Below the pieces are notes generated by a model, which saw only the letters and a list, made by a program, of their open reading frames with translations, did not search any database and was not told where the DNA came from. From assembly GCF_009834535.1 (NCBI RefSeq), contig NC_045707.1, positions 64,048,001 through 64,112,000 on the forward strand: 64,000 nucleotides of DNA, written 5' to 3'. The position numbers were made by a program, and so were the translations under genes. This DNA comes from Camelus ferus (taxonomy: Eukaryota). This document shows, one piece after another, positions 1 to 13,519 of the stretch (position 1 is the stretch's first letter; every line of letters begins with the position of its first letter).

Positions 1-3000
1 CTTGCACAGGGTCTGAAGGGCTTCGGATGGGATTCTGGGGACTTTGAACTTTCTCCTGAGGTCAGAGGGGAGCCGCGGAAGAATTTTAACTAGGAGAGTG
101 ACATCATTAGATTTGCTTTTTGTGACGTTCATTGTCTTTGAGATTAAAGATACTGTCTGTGAACACAGAGCCTTTCTTGACCCCATGTTTGAGCAAATTC
201 ATAACCTTGCCCTCTTTGGTTTCGGGACTGTCATCCAGTGAGCTAGCGGTTATCTGACTCCCGTTCCTCTAATTTCTGTGATAGTCTCTTGTTGCTTTGA
301 ATCGTTTGCTTATCTTAGATAAGCCGGGTGGTTCAGGGGATGGAAAGCGGCATCTCTGCTCAGGTACATGGCTGTGGTCCATGGTGTGGGCCACACGAAT
401 ACAGTTTTTCCCCTTGAGCTCCTTTATGGTTTGCTTGTGGATTATATGCTTACTATATTATATGCAGCTAAGATTTAATCTCAGATTGACTTTCAACTGC
501 TTTCTTCTGGATTGCAACCATTTCTGAGAGTTGGTTAGGCAAAGCAAATCATTTTCTAATGTTAATCTAAGTAAAACAATAGTAAGGAACATTTGTAGAC
601 AGGCTGTCTCTTCTTACCCTCAGCCAGGCTGCTTGTTATTTGAGTAAAACACACAATAAAGTCCGATTTTATGAGTGATTTTTTTTTTAGAGGGTGGGAG
701 TGGGAAGATTATTTGTGCTTCTGTTCACTTTGAATAGAAAATTGACTCTAGTTTATGATCGCAATCTTCTATTCCCTGAAGCATCCAAGAAAATCGTCTT
801 TTAAAATAAAATTAGGTAATAACGTCTTTCTAGGTCATATTTTATTAAATGATTAGCAATGACTATTTTATAAAATACTTGTCAAAATATCAACTCCTGC
901 ATAGTTACAAGGTTAAAGTTAGATATGACAAACTAAAAAGATGCATTAGACTGTTGGTTTTCTGGTAAAGCAAGCATTGAAGTATTGAAATCAGGTGAAT
1001 GCTTATTTAGAACTCCGTATGCTCTAGACTTGCGGTAAAATTAGAAAGTTGTTAATATATCCACAACTAATAGTCTATGCATAGTATCCGAAGGGTAAAT
1101 AATTATAATTTAATTTTAAGAGAAATTAAATGTCAGAGGGCTGTGATAAAACTTTTGTTGGAAGATTTTAGAATTTCTTAAGAAAGAAAAATATGTATAA
1201 TGGAAATCAAATATATTTGCTTTGAATTGTTCACGAAGTGACTTAGCACTCTTGGAGCATTTTATGTTTTACTAACTCTGTTAAGTCCCATCTGGTGTTT
1301 GTAAAGTCTTTTACTATCCCCTGCTGGGACAGGCAGACACTGGTTTGCATGACTGTGTGTTCCCCAAATATTTTTAAAAAGGATCTAGTGGATTTATACC
1401 AACTGTAGCAGAATGATAGAAGACCACATTTCCATTATGATACCTTTAGGAATGGAGACAAATGTCATCAGGTCACAAAAGATCCATCAGTTTTACACTG
1501 TGTGACATTTGGGGAAGAATGTGAATGATTCGTGGTTTTTAAAAGTTGTTTGGAATTCAACATCCTGTGCAGATATTACTTGAAAAATATTTATAGGTTC
1601 TGAGTCAGTGAGATGTGATATATTCCTCCATGGAATTCATTCTAGAATGTGTGGAATATTGCCTTGAGCCTTAGTCATTCCAATATATCCTTAGAAATAT
1701 CATTATTGTCAATAAACAGGTTGTTCTGTTTCCTTGAGTGATTTTTATTATAGTATGACCACCCTGCGTCTCTGGAAATCAGCAAGACCTTTGTATAGAG
1801 GGAAAATAATTCAATTCAGCGAGGATTTATTGAATAACTTTTATATTCAAGGCAACTTGATAGGCATAGGGAGTAATGGAAAAGAAATAGACACCATCAC
1901 TAGCTTCAAACAATTTGTAGTCTAGATAAAAAACAAGGTAAGCTAAGAGTCAGGCAAATCAGGTGAAAAACAAGTTAAGTTTAAAAAATGAAACATAATA
2001 AAGATATTATACTAATACTGAGAGAGGGGTGATTAAATTTGATTGTGTGATAGAAAAAGCACCATGGTGAAAATAAAACAGACCTTAAAAGGGGGGTATA
2101 ATTTTAATTTAGAGGAGGTGGTAGGTAGAGGTCACTACAGGTAAAGTAAGGAAGACATTTAAAAATTTATTGTATCCCAAGGTAAAGTCCTATAGAAGTC
2201 AGACTGTAGGGGAAAACATCAGTGGGCTAGACATCTGAGTTTTAATCTTGGCTCTGGAACTGACTGTGTAAACTTAGGCAAAGCTCAGCTACCATTCATT
2301 GGGTACTTAGGCTCTGCGTTAGTCCTGGGGTTACCATGCTGACAGTCAGGGTATCTAATAGTGTACGTTTTAGCTGCAGGAGATGGGAAGAAATATACAA
2401 AAATTAAGGGAAAAGAAAGAAAGAAAACAGCAGGTCGTAACTAGTACTGTGGGCAAATAAAACTAGGGATGTGATCAGGAGATGACAGTGGGCTGCTTTA
2501 GGTTGTCATGAGAAAGGACCCCTCTGAGGAGGAGGTGACATTCCAGCTGAGACCTGCATGACAATGACTTTTCCATGTGAAGGTCTGTGTAAAGACAGTT
2601 CCAGAGCAGAAGCAAATATAGATAATCAGCTTTCTATTCCCCACTCCCCCACACTCAAGAAGAAGAGCCAGCAGTAAATTGGCAGGAAGGCAGGTTCTAA
2701 TGAAAGATCTAATGATGTCCCTCCCGAGTTTAACCGCAGGGCTGGACTGCGGGCGGGATGGGTTGGTTAGTGAGTAAGCACCTTCCAGTGGCTCCACCAT
2801 TTGTGTATATGTTTCTGCATATCCAGGTCTGATCGATGATATTTCAAACATGTATTGAACTGACTGATCTTCGGCTTTCACAGTAGTTCTTCTGGGGTCT
2901 TTTCATTATAATCTCCGGTTAATTCATTACCTGCCTTCAAGAAGTGCTTCGTTATTGTCACATCTGGAAAATACGTTGAAGAAATAGTTGGTTTCTCTGC

Positions 3001-5239
3001 TGCTTCTGCTTTGGAGTGTGATTTGTGTGGACTTGAATGCATGGAGAGGAGGAACGGAATGAATTATGTGATAAAAGGGCACTGGACTAGGAGCCAGGCA
3101 TGTTGGGGTTTAGGCAGTCCCAGCTCTGCCAGCTGTGTGACCTGGAAAAAGACACTTAGGTTCTTCGGGATTTGGTTTTCTCATTTGAGTAGCTAGTGAG
3201 TTGGATGGTCTGTATGATGGAACAGTCTATAGTATACAAAAGCCCAGCCCATGGGAAGACCATGGGATGTCATCTGAAATACTCATTTGCCGTAGTCAGT
3301 TTACCAGTGGGGTGGCAATGGCTGCAAATAATAGTAGAAACCGCACGTGCTGAAAGTTTATTACAACACAAGAAAAAGGTTCTGAGGTAGGGTGGGTTAA
3401 GAATCTTTATTACATAGGATTATCGTATTTAGTATCCAGACTCAACATGTGTCAGCTGAGAAGCAGGAAGGTTAATTCATTCATCAGTGGTCACAGAGCC
3501 AGCTGGTGGCAGTGCAAGGCTCTACCCTCGCAGGCTGTCAGAATGCAGACCACATTCTTAGTTGCTCTGTCGCCTCCTTCTGGCCTCTAAATCAGGATGC
3601 TTGCAGTTACATTATTTGCTTTGTCTACTGATATCCAGATTAAGTGGGAAACCATGTGGAAGCTGGAAAAATAATCACCAGCTGACTACAAAGTATCAGG
3701 CTGTGGTCAGGGCGGGCTGACCCTCCATCTTGTGAACGGAGAAGGGTTTCTGCTTTGACGTGCAGTGAGGGCTTTTGGACACTAGAGGACACTTTGCAGA
3801 CTGGGTACATCCTTCAGGGCACAGCGACTAGGCTCCAGTCTTCAGGCAGCACCATGTTCTACGGCCTCAGAAAAGAGGCTACTTTTAGGTCTGGCTACTG
3901 CTCAGCTCTGTGTCATAAACTCCTAGAGGCAAGTTGGGGCTCTCCCTTGGTCTCAGGGCGGCCCCCATGTTGGACTCATCTTCCAGATCTCAGTATGGGT
4001 TTCCTCAGCCCTTAGGACTTTACCCTTTTCACCTGAGATTCTGTGGGTAGTGCTCCAAAAATTTACTTTCTAGTTAGGCTAAATATACCTCTCTCCCCAT
4101 TGGCACATCTGTTTCAGGAAACTGCCTGTTTTTTGCATTTAGTTAAATTGAATTATGGTTTTCATTCATTCCTCTGCTCTTGAGTAATCATAATAATTTA
4201 ACTACTAGAAAAAAATATTCTAGCATTGGCTAGTGTCTGTTTTATTGTTCCTTTTTTTTAAAAAAAAGTAAGTCTAGGTTTGTACATATTGATATTAACA
4301 TAATTTCTAAAAAGTTCTTTTTTTTAAAACAAGTTCACCAACACATATGGGTGCTTGAAATTGATTAATATTCAGAGTTAAAATTCAACAAGACAAATTA
4401 TAAACAAGAAATACAAAGTTTTTCTGGATAACAGACAATTAAATGTACAGGATCAGTAAATATACTTGCCAGCATCTTAGGGTAGAGAAAGGCAGAGTGA
4501 CCATCGAAGTCTTACTGTTTCCATTCAGTGGGTGCAGAAGTGAGGAGCCCTGGGGCTGGGGAGGAGGGTAACCATGCTTTTCTCAGCCTTGCAGCTGATC
4601 AGCCTGGAGGAAGGAAATCCTCAGATATTGATGCCAGTACTAACCGAGGTTTTTAAAATGAATTACTTCCTTTTATTAAAAATTTTAGCATGGTTTTATA
4701 CTTAGAGTATTTAAAGATATGGTGTCTATGAAATTATTTGAGACACTTTGTGAAGGTAAAAGTACAGGTTTTTAAATATATTTATAATTTATGAAATCTC
4801 TAGGAACCTATCATAATAGATCTTAAATATATATTTTAAATTCAAGCATTAAGTGGGACATTATTATACTTTAATTCCATTTGTCTTTAAAGAGGGCTGC
4901 GCCTTCTATTACATCTATTTGCCACCTCTTATTAAATGACTTTGCAAGTCAACTTGTTTCTCTCCCCCACCAGACCCTTTTCTTAACAGTTATTGCCTAT
5001 AGTAGACACGAGGGTTTGGAGATGCTTCTTGTAGACACCTCACTTGTGTGGTTGGTCGGTAGGAGAGTTAACTTGCTGTTGATATAACAGCACATCCAGG
5101 CACAGTAGAGGGTAATGGATGGTCTGCCAAGGTGAGGGGCAGGTACCGTGAAGAGGTGGTGAATGTCTCCTCAGTCTGTCTGATATGATCATAAGCTTTA
5201 AAGAACCTTAAATCTGGTAGCAAGTAAATCATTCCTTTT

Positions 5240-5969
5240 TTTTTTTTTTCACATTGAAGTATAGTTGGTTTACAATGTTTTGTTACTTTCAGGTGTACAG
5301 CAAAGTGATTCAGTTATATATGTACATATATATATTTTTTCAGGTTCTTTTCCATTATAGGTTATTACAAGATATTGAATATAGTTCCCTGTGCTAAACA
5401 GTAGGTCCTTGTTGTTTATCTATTTTATGCAGTAGTTTGTATCTGCTAATCTCAAACTCCTAATTTATTCCTCCCCGACCCCACCCCTCATTTCCCTTTT
5501 GGTAACCATAGTTTGTTTTCTATATCTCTGAGTCTATTTCTGAAAGTAAGTTGAAAATAAGTTCGTTTGTATCATTTAAAAAAATTCCATGTGTAAGTGG
5601 TATCATATGCTATTTGTCTTTCCCTGTATGATTTTACTTAATATGATAATCTCTAGGTCCATCCATGTTGCTGCAAATGGCACTATTTCATTCTTTTTTA
5701 TGACTGAGAAAACTCCACTGTGTGTGTGGGTGTGTGCACACACACCCACACACACACCCACATCTTCTTTATCCATTCATTTGTCACTGGACACTTAGGC
5801 TGCTCCTATGTCTTGGCTATTGTAAATAGTCCTACTGTGAACATTGGGGTGCATGTATCTTTTTGGATTCGAGTTTTCTCTGGGTATATGCCCAGGAGTG
5901 GGATTGCTGGATCATATGGTAACTAGTTTTAGTTTTTAAAAGAATCTACATGCCGTTCTCCATAGTGGC
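5240..5969 (-). mobile_element. 5'-truncated L1 (ORF2 end + 3'UTR + polyA) with 15-bp TSD
   Basis: Poly-T at the left end, then typical antisense L1 text (ccatgttgctgcaaatggc, gggattgctggatcatatggt). TSD taaatcattcctttt at 5225-5239 and 5970-5984. Confidence 0.9.
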
Positions 5970-6309
5970 TAAATCATTCCTTTTGAATTTTCTTTAGATT
6001 CTTCTGACTATTTCAGAAGAAAGGCTTAGTTTGGCATTAATTACACTTACAACATTTTTCTAACACTTTGAATCCCTCATTCTAAAGAGAGGGAGTAGTT
6101 CTCATACTCAGTCTTTGAAGGTATTTATGTAGCATTGAAGACTTTTTTCTTATTCTTTTTTAAACCTTTAAAAATAAAGTTTTTTTTTTTTTAAAAAGAA
6201 GAATTGATTTTAAAGAAAAAATAGGTAAATAATATTATAGAAATACAGGTTATATCCAAATATTTCAAGGATGTGAAAGTTGTACCTGACTGATTAAAGC
6301 TTATAAATG

Positions 6310-6690
6310 TTGGAAAATCATTCAGCCCTAAAAAAGAGGGAAATTCTGACATGTGCTGTAACATGGATGAACCTTGAGAACATTACGCTAAGATAAACCA
6401 GTTACAAAAGAACAAATGTATGATTCCACTTATTTGAAGTATCTGTAGTAGTCAAATTCATGGACAGAAAGCAATATGGTGGTGGCCAGGGGCTGCAGGG
6501 GTGGAGAAGGGAGCTGGTGCTTAATGGATTACAGAGTTTCAAATGGGGAAGGAAAAAATAATTCTGGACATGGATAGCGGTGATGGTGCACAATAATGTG
6601 ACTGTGCTAATACCATAGAATTGCACACTTAAAAATGGTTAAGATAGTAAATTTTATGTATATTTTATCACAATTAAAGAACATAAAAAA
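6310..6690 (+). mobile_element. Old L1 (L1MB-like) 3' end fragment
   Basis: catggatgaaccttgagaacattacgctaag ... cacttaaaaatggttaagatagtaaattttatg, typical L1MB 3'UTR text. Confidence 0.75.
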
Positions 6691-6899
6691 TGCCATTGGT
6701 ACATATTTAATGCCGGTTCCATATTTAGCTCTGAGCTGGGGGAAGAGACATTTCCATAAACAATATAAGACTTGTCTTTTGCCTGCAAGGAGCTCAGAAA
6801 GTTCCCAGGGAAGTTCTGTGCCACAGTTGCTAAGGACAATATATTTACTTCATTTTTGTCCCAGTTGTTTATTGATTGCTCTATGCCAGGTGGTATTTG

Positions 6900-7450
6900 G
6901 TTCTGAAGCAGCTTTAAATCTTGTGGGAGAAGAAAGACAATGAACAAAATCAGTGAAATACAGTATATGGAGGTGATTAGCACTATGAAAAAAAAATAAG
7001 AAAAGTAATGCTGGAAAAGAGAGTAGATCGTGCTCGGGAGTAGGGGAGAGGATGTCTGGTTCTAAGTAAGATGGCAAGGAAAAGCTTTACTTAGAAGGTG
7101 ACATTTGAGCAAAGATTTGAAGGAGCTGAGAAAGAAAGACATGGAAAGATCTGGGGGGAAGTACTCTAGACAGATAGACTGTGATGGGCCCAGAGGTGAG
7201 AAGGCGCCTTGAGTACAGGGTGAGTGTGGTGAGCAAGGGGAATGTGGAAGGTGGGAGAGGAGTCAGACGCAGATGGGGTGAGGACTAGACTGTGTAGAGT
7301 CTAGAAGGTGGGTAGAAGGTCTTTGACCTTTTACTCTGTGTAAGAAGGAAGGCAGCTCCTGGACTGGAGAGTTTTAGGAGAGAAGTGGTTTGATCTGATT
7401 TATGTTTTCATAGGATCCCTCTGGTTTTCAGATTGAAAACAAACTGTAGG
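6900..7450 (-). mobile_element. L2 fragment (similar sequence resumes at ~9160-9620)
   Basis: Purine-rich L2-like text (gaaggtgacatttgagcaaagatttgaagga, gatccctctggtt), interrupted by a MaLR element. Confidence 0.6.
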
Positions 7451-7455
7451 TGGGT

Positions 7456-8700
7456 GTATTCATTTCCTATTGGTGCTATAATGAATGACCACACATTCTC
7501 TAGCTTAAAACAACACAAACTTATTATTCTACAGTTCGGTAGGTCAGAAATCCCACTGGGCTAAAATCAAAGTGTCAGCAGGGCTGCATTCCTTTTGGAG
7601 GACTCGGGGGGACAATATTTCCCTGCCTTTTCCAGTTTCCAGAGGCCGCCTGTGTTCCTTGGCTCCTCCCCCCCCCCCCCTGCCCCTTTAAAGCTCTCTC
7701 TTTCTCATCTCTTTCTTTTACTTATAAAGACCCTCATATTTACACTGGATGCATCTGGATAATCCAAGATAATCTCCCTATTTGAAAGTCTTTAACCACA
7801 CCAGCAAGGTGTCTTTTGCCATTCCATGTAACATACATGTAGCATTCCATGTAACATATTCACAGGTTTTAGGGATTAAGATGTGGACATTTGGTAGGGA
7901 GTGTTACCAGTCTACCCCCTGGCCCCTAAAGATTCACATCTGTCCTACATACAAAATGCATTCACCCAATCCCAACACCCCCCAAAGTGTCAGTTTATTA
8001 CAGCAGCAACTCAAAGTCCAAATAATGCATCTCACCTGTCTCTCATTAGCTCAGAAGTCCCAGATCTCATAATCTAACTAAAATGTGAGACTGGTATAAT
8101 TCATCCTGACGTGCAATTTCTCTCCATCCAAAAACCTGTGAAACTCAAGAAACAAATTAGCTGGTGCAAAAATACAGGTTGCAAGACAGGCATGGGATAA
8201 AAGTTGTAGATCCTTTTCACTCATAAAGAGAGGGAAAATGGAAGAAAAAAGGGGTCACCTGTCCCAAGCAATTTTTGAATCCAGGTAGGCAGGTGACATT
8301 AGGTTTTAAGGCCTGTGAAGAATCCATTGTGGTTTTTGGTTCCATCCTTCTGGGTTTGTGGCTTCATTTTGAAGTTGTGCTTTTATTTATTTATTTATTT
8401 TCATGAAGGGTAGCATGGGCTTAGAACTGAAGAGTTTTATCAGTCTGTTCTCTGCTTGTAGAAGACCTTCTTTTATTCATCTTCTCTGTGTCCAAACAGG
8501 TTCTGCTTGTCCAAATTGGTTCTGTTTGTATAAAATTGCTCAAGAATCTGTGGGTCTCTCATGGATATCTAGGAATTTATTCCATTAGGCAAGAGGTTCT
8601 TTTATAGGTCTTTCCTAGATAATCCCAGCCCTATTTTTGGCTTTTGTTGAGCTGGCTGTTGAGGATCTGTGAACCACATATTTAAATTTTCCAAAATACT
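7456..8700 (-). mobile_element. MaLR (MLT1) LTR ~7456-7915 plus adjoining internal sequence
   Basis: tgtattcatttcctatt...gcttaaaacaacacaaac...aaaatcaaagtgtcagcagggctgcattcc is typical MLT1 LTR; tggcccctaaagattcacatctgtcc...cccaaagt resembles MLT1-int. Right boundary approximate. Confidence 0.7.
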
Positions 8701-8749
8701 CCCAACATTTTGACCCTCCTAAGGCACTAGCAATGTATATTGCACACCT

Positions 8750-9150
8750 GTGAATACCTATTTGATGTATAATTGATAACAATAAAATTAGTAAATTTTA
8801 CATGAACAGTTTGATGGATTTTCAGCATATGTTTATCCTCCTTGTAACCTCCACCCAGATCACACTATAGAACATTTCAATTCTCTTAACATTCCTCTGT
8901 GCCTTTTCAGTCAATTCCCTCAGCAGCTTCCCAGAGGTAGTGAGTATTCTGATCTCTATCACCACAGATTAGATTGGCCAGTTCTTGAGTTTCACATCAA
9001 TAAATTACATTGTATATGCTCTTTTGTGTCCAACTTCTTTGGCTCAAAGTAATGTTTTTGAAACTCATCCCTGTGCACTGTGTGTGCATGTGTGCGTGAA
9101 GGTGCGTGTGAGCCCTTTTTCTTTGCCAAGTAGTTTTCCATTGGCTATAC
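8750..9150 (-). mobile_element. Old L1 (L1MC/ME-like) 3' end fragment
   Basis: tattctgatctctatcaccacagattagattggccagttcttgag...cttttgtgtccaacttctttggctcaa. Confidence 0.65.
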
Positions 9151-10943
9151 TTGGAAAGTGAGCCCAAGAAAAATTTCTTATGGATTTGAGGGAAAGATGT
9201 GAGGTAAAGAGGAGGATCAAGTTGACTCTAAGGTTTCTGGGCTGAGCAGATAGAAGTTGCTATTCACAGAGATGAGGAAGATTGTGAGGGGAACAAGTTG
9301 GGAGACACGGAGTTTAGAATATCAGGCACTCACTGTAATGGAGATGTTGGGTAAGCAGTTGGGTCTAGGAATTTGTGGTTTAGAACTAGTGATATAAATG
9401 TGGGCATCCTTGGCTTTTTGCTGGTCTTTAAAGCCCTGAAAATGGAAGTGATCAGTGTATGTAGAGAAGTCTGAAGACGGAGGGCTTCAATGCTCCAATT
9501 AAGTGTTAAGAGATCAGGAAGTTGAAGAGGAACCAGTAAAGAAGACAAAGAAAGAGCAATCTGTGAAGCAAGAGGAACAGCAGTGGCATTGCTACCCTGA
9601 AAGCCACGTTGAAGTCCCGTGTAGCATTATGACAGCGCTACATATTTATTTTGTATGTATTTTAACATAAAAATTACTTTGCTGGCTTCTTAAAGAGTTT
9701 ATGAGCAACTGCATTAATACCATTTTTCCAGGAATACAACTAGTGAACTGGTGGCTATGACAAAAGTGGTCAACAAATTGTATTACTAATAATTTTGAAA
9801 TGACCAAGGGTCTATTAATCAATATTCTTTTATGATGACTGCTTACTTTGGACTTCATTTTGATACTTGGGCTTTGTGAGTCCCTGAAACTGAGCTTCTC
9901 TCATAAGAAAATTGGCCGTGGTAAGCTTCTCAGGAAACAGATTATAGAACGAGAGACCCAAGAAAAATATCTCAAATCCATACGGCTTCAAATAGAGGTC
10001 TTAAAAAAGTCTTGTAATTCCACATGAAAGAACAGACCATGTGTTTAGACTTCCCTCAACTTTTAGAGAGAACACAGAGTCTCTCTTTAAATGATCACCT
10101 TAAAAATTAGGATTTAGCTGGAATAAAACTTAAATGATGCACCTGGATAAACCAAGTCTTGGCTAATTTCCACCCAGCTATCCACCAGCAGTCAGCCAAG
10201 TGACACCCCGGTGGTTCTGCATTTCTCCCAAGCAGTGATCGTCAGCTCTGCTCATATCATAGCTGGCTTTGGTTTTCTAATGAGAATAAATGACTTCCGG
10301 AACTAAGCAGCTACCGTGAAATTTCTTTTTGATGTGACTGTAAGCAAACTGCAACCATAGGACCTTCTATTACTTATGATACATTTCTGGAACGTCTGAT
10401 GGTAATGATGGGAATACCATGTGTGTTAGTCTGATAGCGTAAACCTGTAAGTGGGAAATTATATACCAAGTCGTACTCTCCAGCTTAAACGTTTTTCAGA
10501 TTTCCCAGAGCTGTTTAACACAATGGTGCTGTGTGACCCTCATGCCTTCAGAGAGGAAATGATATAGGAAATGACTCTCAGCAGATTGACTGATGACTTG
10601 TTAACGACGGCAGTGTAACCTGTCCTCATAGAAGAGTTGTCAGCAGCATTTCAGGTGTCTTGACCACATGGTGTTGTGGTCTTAGTTACAGTTCCTGGTT
10701 GGGTTGATCGGCAAATGCTTGCTCTTTTAACCTAGTTTTTGGAGGTAGGTGAAAGAGGGCATTAAATTCCCTGAAACAGGTTTCCCTCCTGTTTTAACTA
10801 TGATTGGAAATTATCTTTCATTTATTGAGGTGAGTGAAGTTGTGGCCAGATAAACAAAGATATGAGCAGTGAACCAATCAGTATCAAATTTAGGTGTGAT
10901 TTACCAATAGATGCCTTTTCGTGTTGTATCTTTTTTCCTTAGT

Positions 10944-10947
<4 letters not shown>

Positions 10948-10992
<45 letters not shown>
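10948..10992. repeat. (TG)n microsatellite, ~22 units
   Basis: Seen directly. Confidence 0.98.
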
Positions 10993-10995
<3 letters not shown>

Positions 10996-12929
10996 AGAGA
11001 GACGGGGCGATGTGTGTGTGTTTCCTGAAGAGCAGCTCTGAAGATATGGAAAGTTGCTTTCTTTATGGAAATACTGAATATCAAATATAGAAATAGCAAG
11101 TATATGTTTTTCTACTCCAAAGATGTGGGAACTCGAGATGCATTAAAAAAAACCCATTTTCTAAGTGATGATTAGATGATTTAGTTTTACACTGTAGGCC
11201 CTGTACTTTTATAAGGTTTAAGTGCCTGGCTCAAAGCAGCTGATCAATAAACACTTAACTGAATTTAACGGGGGAATCAAGTTGGGCTGGCCTAGAAGTC
11301 TCATCATCATTAATCAGTTTGTTTTTTTTTTGCTGGTTTGTTTATTAATTAATTCAACTGTCCATGTATTTTATAATTGATACCTGACATCAACTATAAA
11401 ATACAGTATATTTTGCAGTAATGCCGAGTATAGTGTGCTAGGTCCCATGAGGAAATATAAAGACTGGGATATGGACTTTGATTTCTAAGAGTTTAGAATT
11501 TCAAGGGGGAGACGATATAAATTCGAAGGACCTGAAGTAAAGTAGGAAATGACTACAATTGGACAAGATATTCTGAGTTCCAGGTTTATAAGTTCCACAC
11601 TCATAGATTTTTGGAACCCAAAATGGTAAACTCAGGGCCACCTGTGAACATTTATTTGCTTATTTATCTGTTATAAACTCCTTATCGATGATGTAATAGA
11701 AGTTTTTACTTAATGAGACAACCTTGATTTAAAGCCCACGTCTATAATACAAGGGCTGTAGTTCTTGGTGAAATCACCATGAAGTCCACAAGAGACTGCC
11801 CACTGCTGCTGCTCGTCTTGTAGTAACTGAGGGTCTCTGAATTAGCTATTTTCTTCTACAGGTAATTTATATTTTAACATTGTTTAATATTAAAATTTCA
11901 AGCATGGTGATACAGATAGTTTTTCAATTCCAAAATTTCTCTTACATTTCATACTGAAAGCACAATTCTTTTCAAATTAAGGTGTACAACTGAACAGGTG
12001 GTTTACCATGATCCTGACTGCCTTCATAGGCTGTTTCTAAGATTACAATATAAGGGCAACTATAAAAACAATAATAACTTCATATTTCATTGTAAAACAT
12101 TCAATTAAAAAAAAAGATGTCCATAGTAGTTGTATAAGGGTGTAGAATTATAAGTGATTTTTTTTCTCTTCTGTAATTTTGAAGATTTTAATGTTGTTAC
12201 CTTAAACGTTAAACTTTCAATTTTGCTGGAAAATATAAAAAGGATCTTATGATAAATATGGTTATGCATATTTCTATTAGTGTTCAGCCTTTACTATATT
12301 GAATTTTAAAATATGATTTGTTGATTTAATTCTATCGATAGGAAGATATTATTGGCATTCTCTTCCTTCCCCTGCATACTCTTACATTTTTTACTTAGGA
12401 GAAGCTTATCCGTTGCAACTGTGGTCCATTGTCTACCTCCTTGTATGATCCATTATGTAAGTTAGAACTTGGTGTTGTGAAGAGCTGAGTTTGAATTTTA
12501 GGTTTGACATTTACAATAAACAAAGATGATATTCAAAATATTTAATAATCTGGAACTCATAGTCACCAACCAGTCTGTTTTGAGCCCTTATCTTAGACAT
12601 GTGTTAGCCTTTTAGCTGCTGGATCATGGAGCGGTCCATGGGTCCTGGGGAGAAGCTGGAAATGGAGGGGTTAGTGATAGTTGAGGTGCTTGCGCATTGA
12701 ATCTGTATGGAATTATTTCAACATTTTAACACCTGATAAGAATGTATATACCATTGTATACCTACTACTGAACATTAGTCCTGTGTATGAATTTAATTTC
12801 ACTTTCTTCATCTGTAATGTAAGTAAAAAAAAAAATATATATATATATATTCATATAGGCTCTCTCTGCCTCATAGTGTTTCTGTGAGAGTCAAATAAAA
12901 TGTTTGTGAAATAAAGGCAATAGCTTTAT

Positions 12930-13160
12930 GTCAAGCATCATTGTAAGTGCTGTAATGACAAGAACATACAATTTTCACAAAAATCTTATGAGGTAAATAT
13001 TATTGTTCCCACTGCAACAACCCTTCAAGCCGACACGTATATAATCTACATTTTACAGAAGGAAAAGGTGAATTTAGTGAGATTAAGTAACTTGCCTAAA
13101 ATTACATAGCTAGTTAGTTCCTGGATAGATACAGGATTTAAACACTGATCTTCCTTGAAA
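12930..13160. mobile_element. MIR SINE fragment
   Basis: MIR core-like text: cattttacagaaggaaaa...gagattaagtaacttgcctaaaattacatagctagt. Confidence 0.7.
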
Positions 13161-13519
13161 ATATGAATGTAAAAACTTAACACGTGATAGTGGAAACGAG
13201 CCCCACTAGTTACACACCTCATGTTCAGTGATGTAGAACTTGTGTGTCCACAGTGCAAACCATAAATTATTTCAGTCCTTTTTCAGATGACCACTAATAC
13301 TGCTCTTCTATTCCCCTGGTCAACATTTGGCAAAGGGAAATGAGAAAACCCAGGAGGTAAAAAGCACAATTAAAAACATTTCAAGTTGGGGAAATGTGTT
13401 TGAACTTTTAGTTTAGTTTGGAGCTTAGTGTTATATTGGCCGGAACTTCTCTCTCCCAAAATAAAGTTTTCAATTAGTTTATTAATAAACACACTGTTAG
13501 ACTTTGTGTTGCCTAATAG

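Noticed and set aside
2498..2881. 127-aa minus-strand ORF
   Set aside because: Partly overlaps L2-like sequence, has a non-ATG start and no recognisable homology.
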